Shown here one piece after another: positions 44,636 through 45,781 of a DNA stretch of 45,781 bases; the stretch's first letter is position 1; each line of letters begins with the position of its first letter. Position numbers and translations under genes: made by a program. The notes under the pieces are model-generated. The model worked only from the letters and a program-made list of their open reading frames with translations, was not told the DNA's origin and did no database searches. The stretch is from positions 1-45,781 of IMG/VR virus record IMGVR_UViG_3300048848_000278; one strand, given 5' to 3'. This DNA is from a virus. Taxonomy: Duplodnaviria; Caudoviricetes.

Positions 44636-45781
44636 ATGGCAACGACCACCGCGGCCGGCTCTACCATTGCGATCTCGGCTGCGCTGCCGTTGGCCGAGAG
44701 CGAGGCGGGCTATAGCGCGCTCGCGTACACCGATATCGCGCAGGTCGAGAAGATCGGCGCGATTGGCGCGGTCTATGCCAAGACCGAGTTCCAGCCGCTG
44801 TTCGGCCCCAAGCTGAAGTTCAAGGGATCGGCCGACTACGGCTCGCTGCAGCCGGCGCTGGCGCACGACGAGAGCGACCCCGGCCAGGCCATCCTGCGCG
44901 CAGCGGCAGATAGTCCGGAGCTGTTCGCCTTCCGGGTGCTCTACCCGAGCGGGGCGAAGCGGTATTTCTGCGGGCGCGTGTTCGGCTATCCCGAGACGGT
45001 CGACGGCGCCGACACGGTGCTGCTGGTCACGCCGACGATCGAGATCAACACCAGGATCGTGAAGGTCGGCACGACAGGTTCTGTCGTCCTGCCGACGGTA
45101 GGGGTGTCCGGCGCCCTGCTACAGTCCGAGGGCAACAGCGCGACGACGGCCTTCACCTATATCGTCACGCTGTCGCAAGCGGCCCCGGCGGGCGGCGTGC
45201 AGGTGCCATGGGCCCTCGCATACGGCAGCACCGATGCCGCCGACTTCGTCTCCGGCCAGGCGACCAGTGGAACGCTGCAGATCGCGCAGGGGCAGACCAG
45301 CGGCATCGTCACCATCACCGCGGTCGGCGATACCACGCCGGAAGGCGACGAGACCTTCACCTTCGTGATCTCGATCCCGCCGGGCTATCTGGCCGGTGCG
45401 TCGACCAGCGCCACCGGCACGATCCTCAACGACGACGCCCCGCCCGCACCGGTCTTCACCGTACAGCCCTCGATCAGCCCGGCCAGCGGCACCGCAGGCG
45501 CCACCACATTCTCGGCGATCGACGGGGTGGCGACGAACGCCGCCTCGATCACGCGGCGCTGGCTGCTCGGCTCCACGGTCATCGGCACCGGCCCGACCGT
45601 GGTGGCGCCGGTGCAAGGGTCGCTGACGCTCGAAAACACGGCCGCCGGGCCCGGTGGCTCGAAGACGGTCACCAGCACCGCGGTCAGCGTCGCGGCCGGC
45701 GCGCCGCCTTCGACAGAGACGCCGGTCACCGGAACCGCGGGCTACCCGGCTGAGCCGACCCGCGCGCCGCTTCAAGCATAG
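44636..45781 (+). CDS. Second tail-tube paralogue fused to Calx-beta and Ig-like domains
   Basis: First ~145 aa about 60% identical (hand alignment) to 31058-31504; then EGN...VTLS...GSTDAADF...SGTL...GD...EGDETF...GTILNDD; TAG stop at 45779-45781. Confidence 0.85.
   Translation: MATTTAAGSTIAISAALPLAESEAGYSALAYTDIAQVEKIGAIGAVYAKTEFQPLFGPKLKFKGSADYGSLQPALAHDESDPGQAILRAAADSPELFAFRVLYPSGAKRYFCGRVFGYPETVDGADTVLLVTPTIEINTRIVKVGTTGSVVLPTVGVSGALLQSEGNSATTAFTYIVTLSQAAPAGGVQVPWALAYGSTDAADFVSGQATSGTLQIAQGQTSGIVTITAVGDTTPEGDETFTFVISIPPGYLAGASTSATGTILNDDAPPAPVFTVQPSISPASGTAGATTFSAIDGVATNAASITRRWLLGSTVIGTGPTVVAPVQGSLTLENTAAGPGGSKTVTSTAVSVAAGAPPSTETPVTGTAGYPAEPTRAPLQA

Larger units (their letters stand above)
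574..45781. mobile_element. Temperate siphovirus prophage (lambdoid organisation, HK97-type head); right end/attR beyond the window
   Basis: Integrase next to tRNA, cI/cro switch, replication, terminase, portal, capsid, tail, tape measure and lysis genes in phage order. Confidence 0.97.

Noticed and set aside
31058-45070. The two tail-tube copies as a DGR template/variable repeat or invertible cassette
   Set aside because: No reverse transcriptase or invertase in the window; differences are not adenine-specific and the copies are direct, protein-level paralogues
44600-45781. attR (duplicate of the tRNA-Lys 3' end)
   Set aside because: No copy seen; the window ends at the last gene's stop codon, so prophage completeness cannot be confirmed

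Overview
GC-rich alphaproteobacterial chromosome segment (Sphingomonas-like by inference). Host folK (1-477) and tRNA-Lys(UUU) (498-573) are followed by a ~45 kb lambdoid, HK97-head siphoprophage integrated at the tRNA; attR is not in the window. The modules in order are: tyrosine integrase and AlpA excisionase; a leftward accessory operon (DUF1643, DUF5131, J-domain, HU-like); a cI/cro switch with five palindromic operators; a rightward early operon; replication genes with iterons; an antisense DUF2971 moron; a NusG-type late antiterminator; HNH/terminase; head; tail with a lambda-type G/GT frameshift; lysis genes; and a final extra tail gene. The strongest signal is a near-complete PRTRC ubiquitin-like conjugation cassette (ParB, E, Ubl C, F, E2-like B, JAB A, E1 ThiF; 9729-15192). 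It is fused by start/stop overlaps into the phage early operon and is followed by a QLDLF clamp-motif protein and a TGT/DpdA-like enzyme. Other notable items: a Gp49/66 (candidate Acb4-like sponge)-RyR fusion, a second tail-tube paralogue carrying Calx-beta/Ig-like domains after the lysis cassette, and a pseudoknot/switch-like RNA before the tail chaperone. All family calls come from motif recognition by eye; no searches were run.
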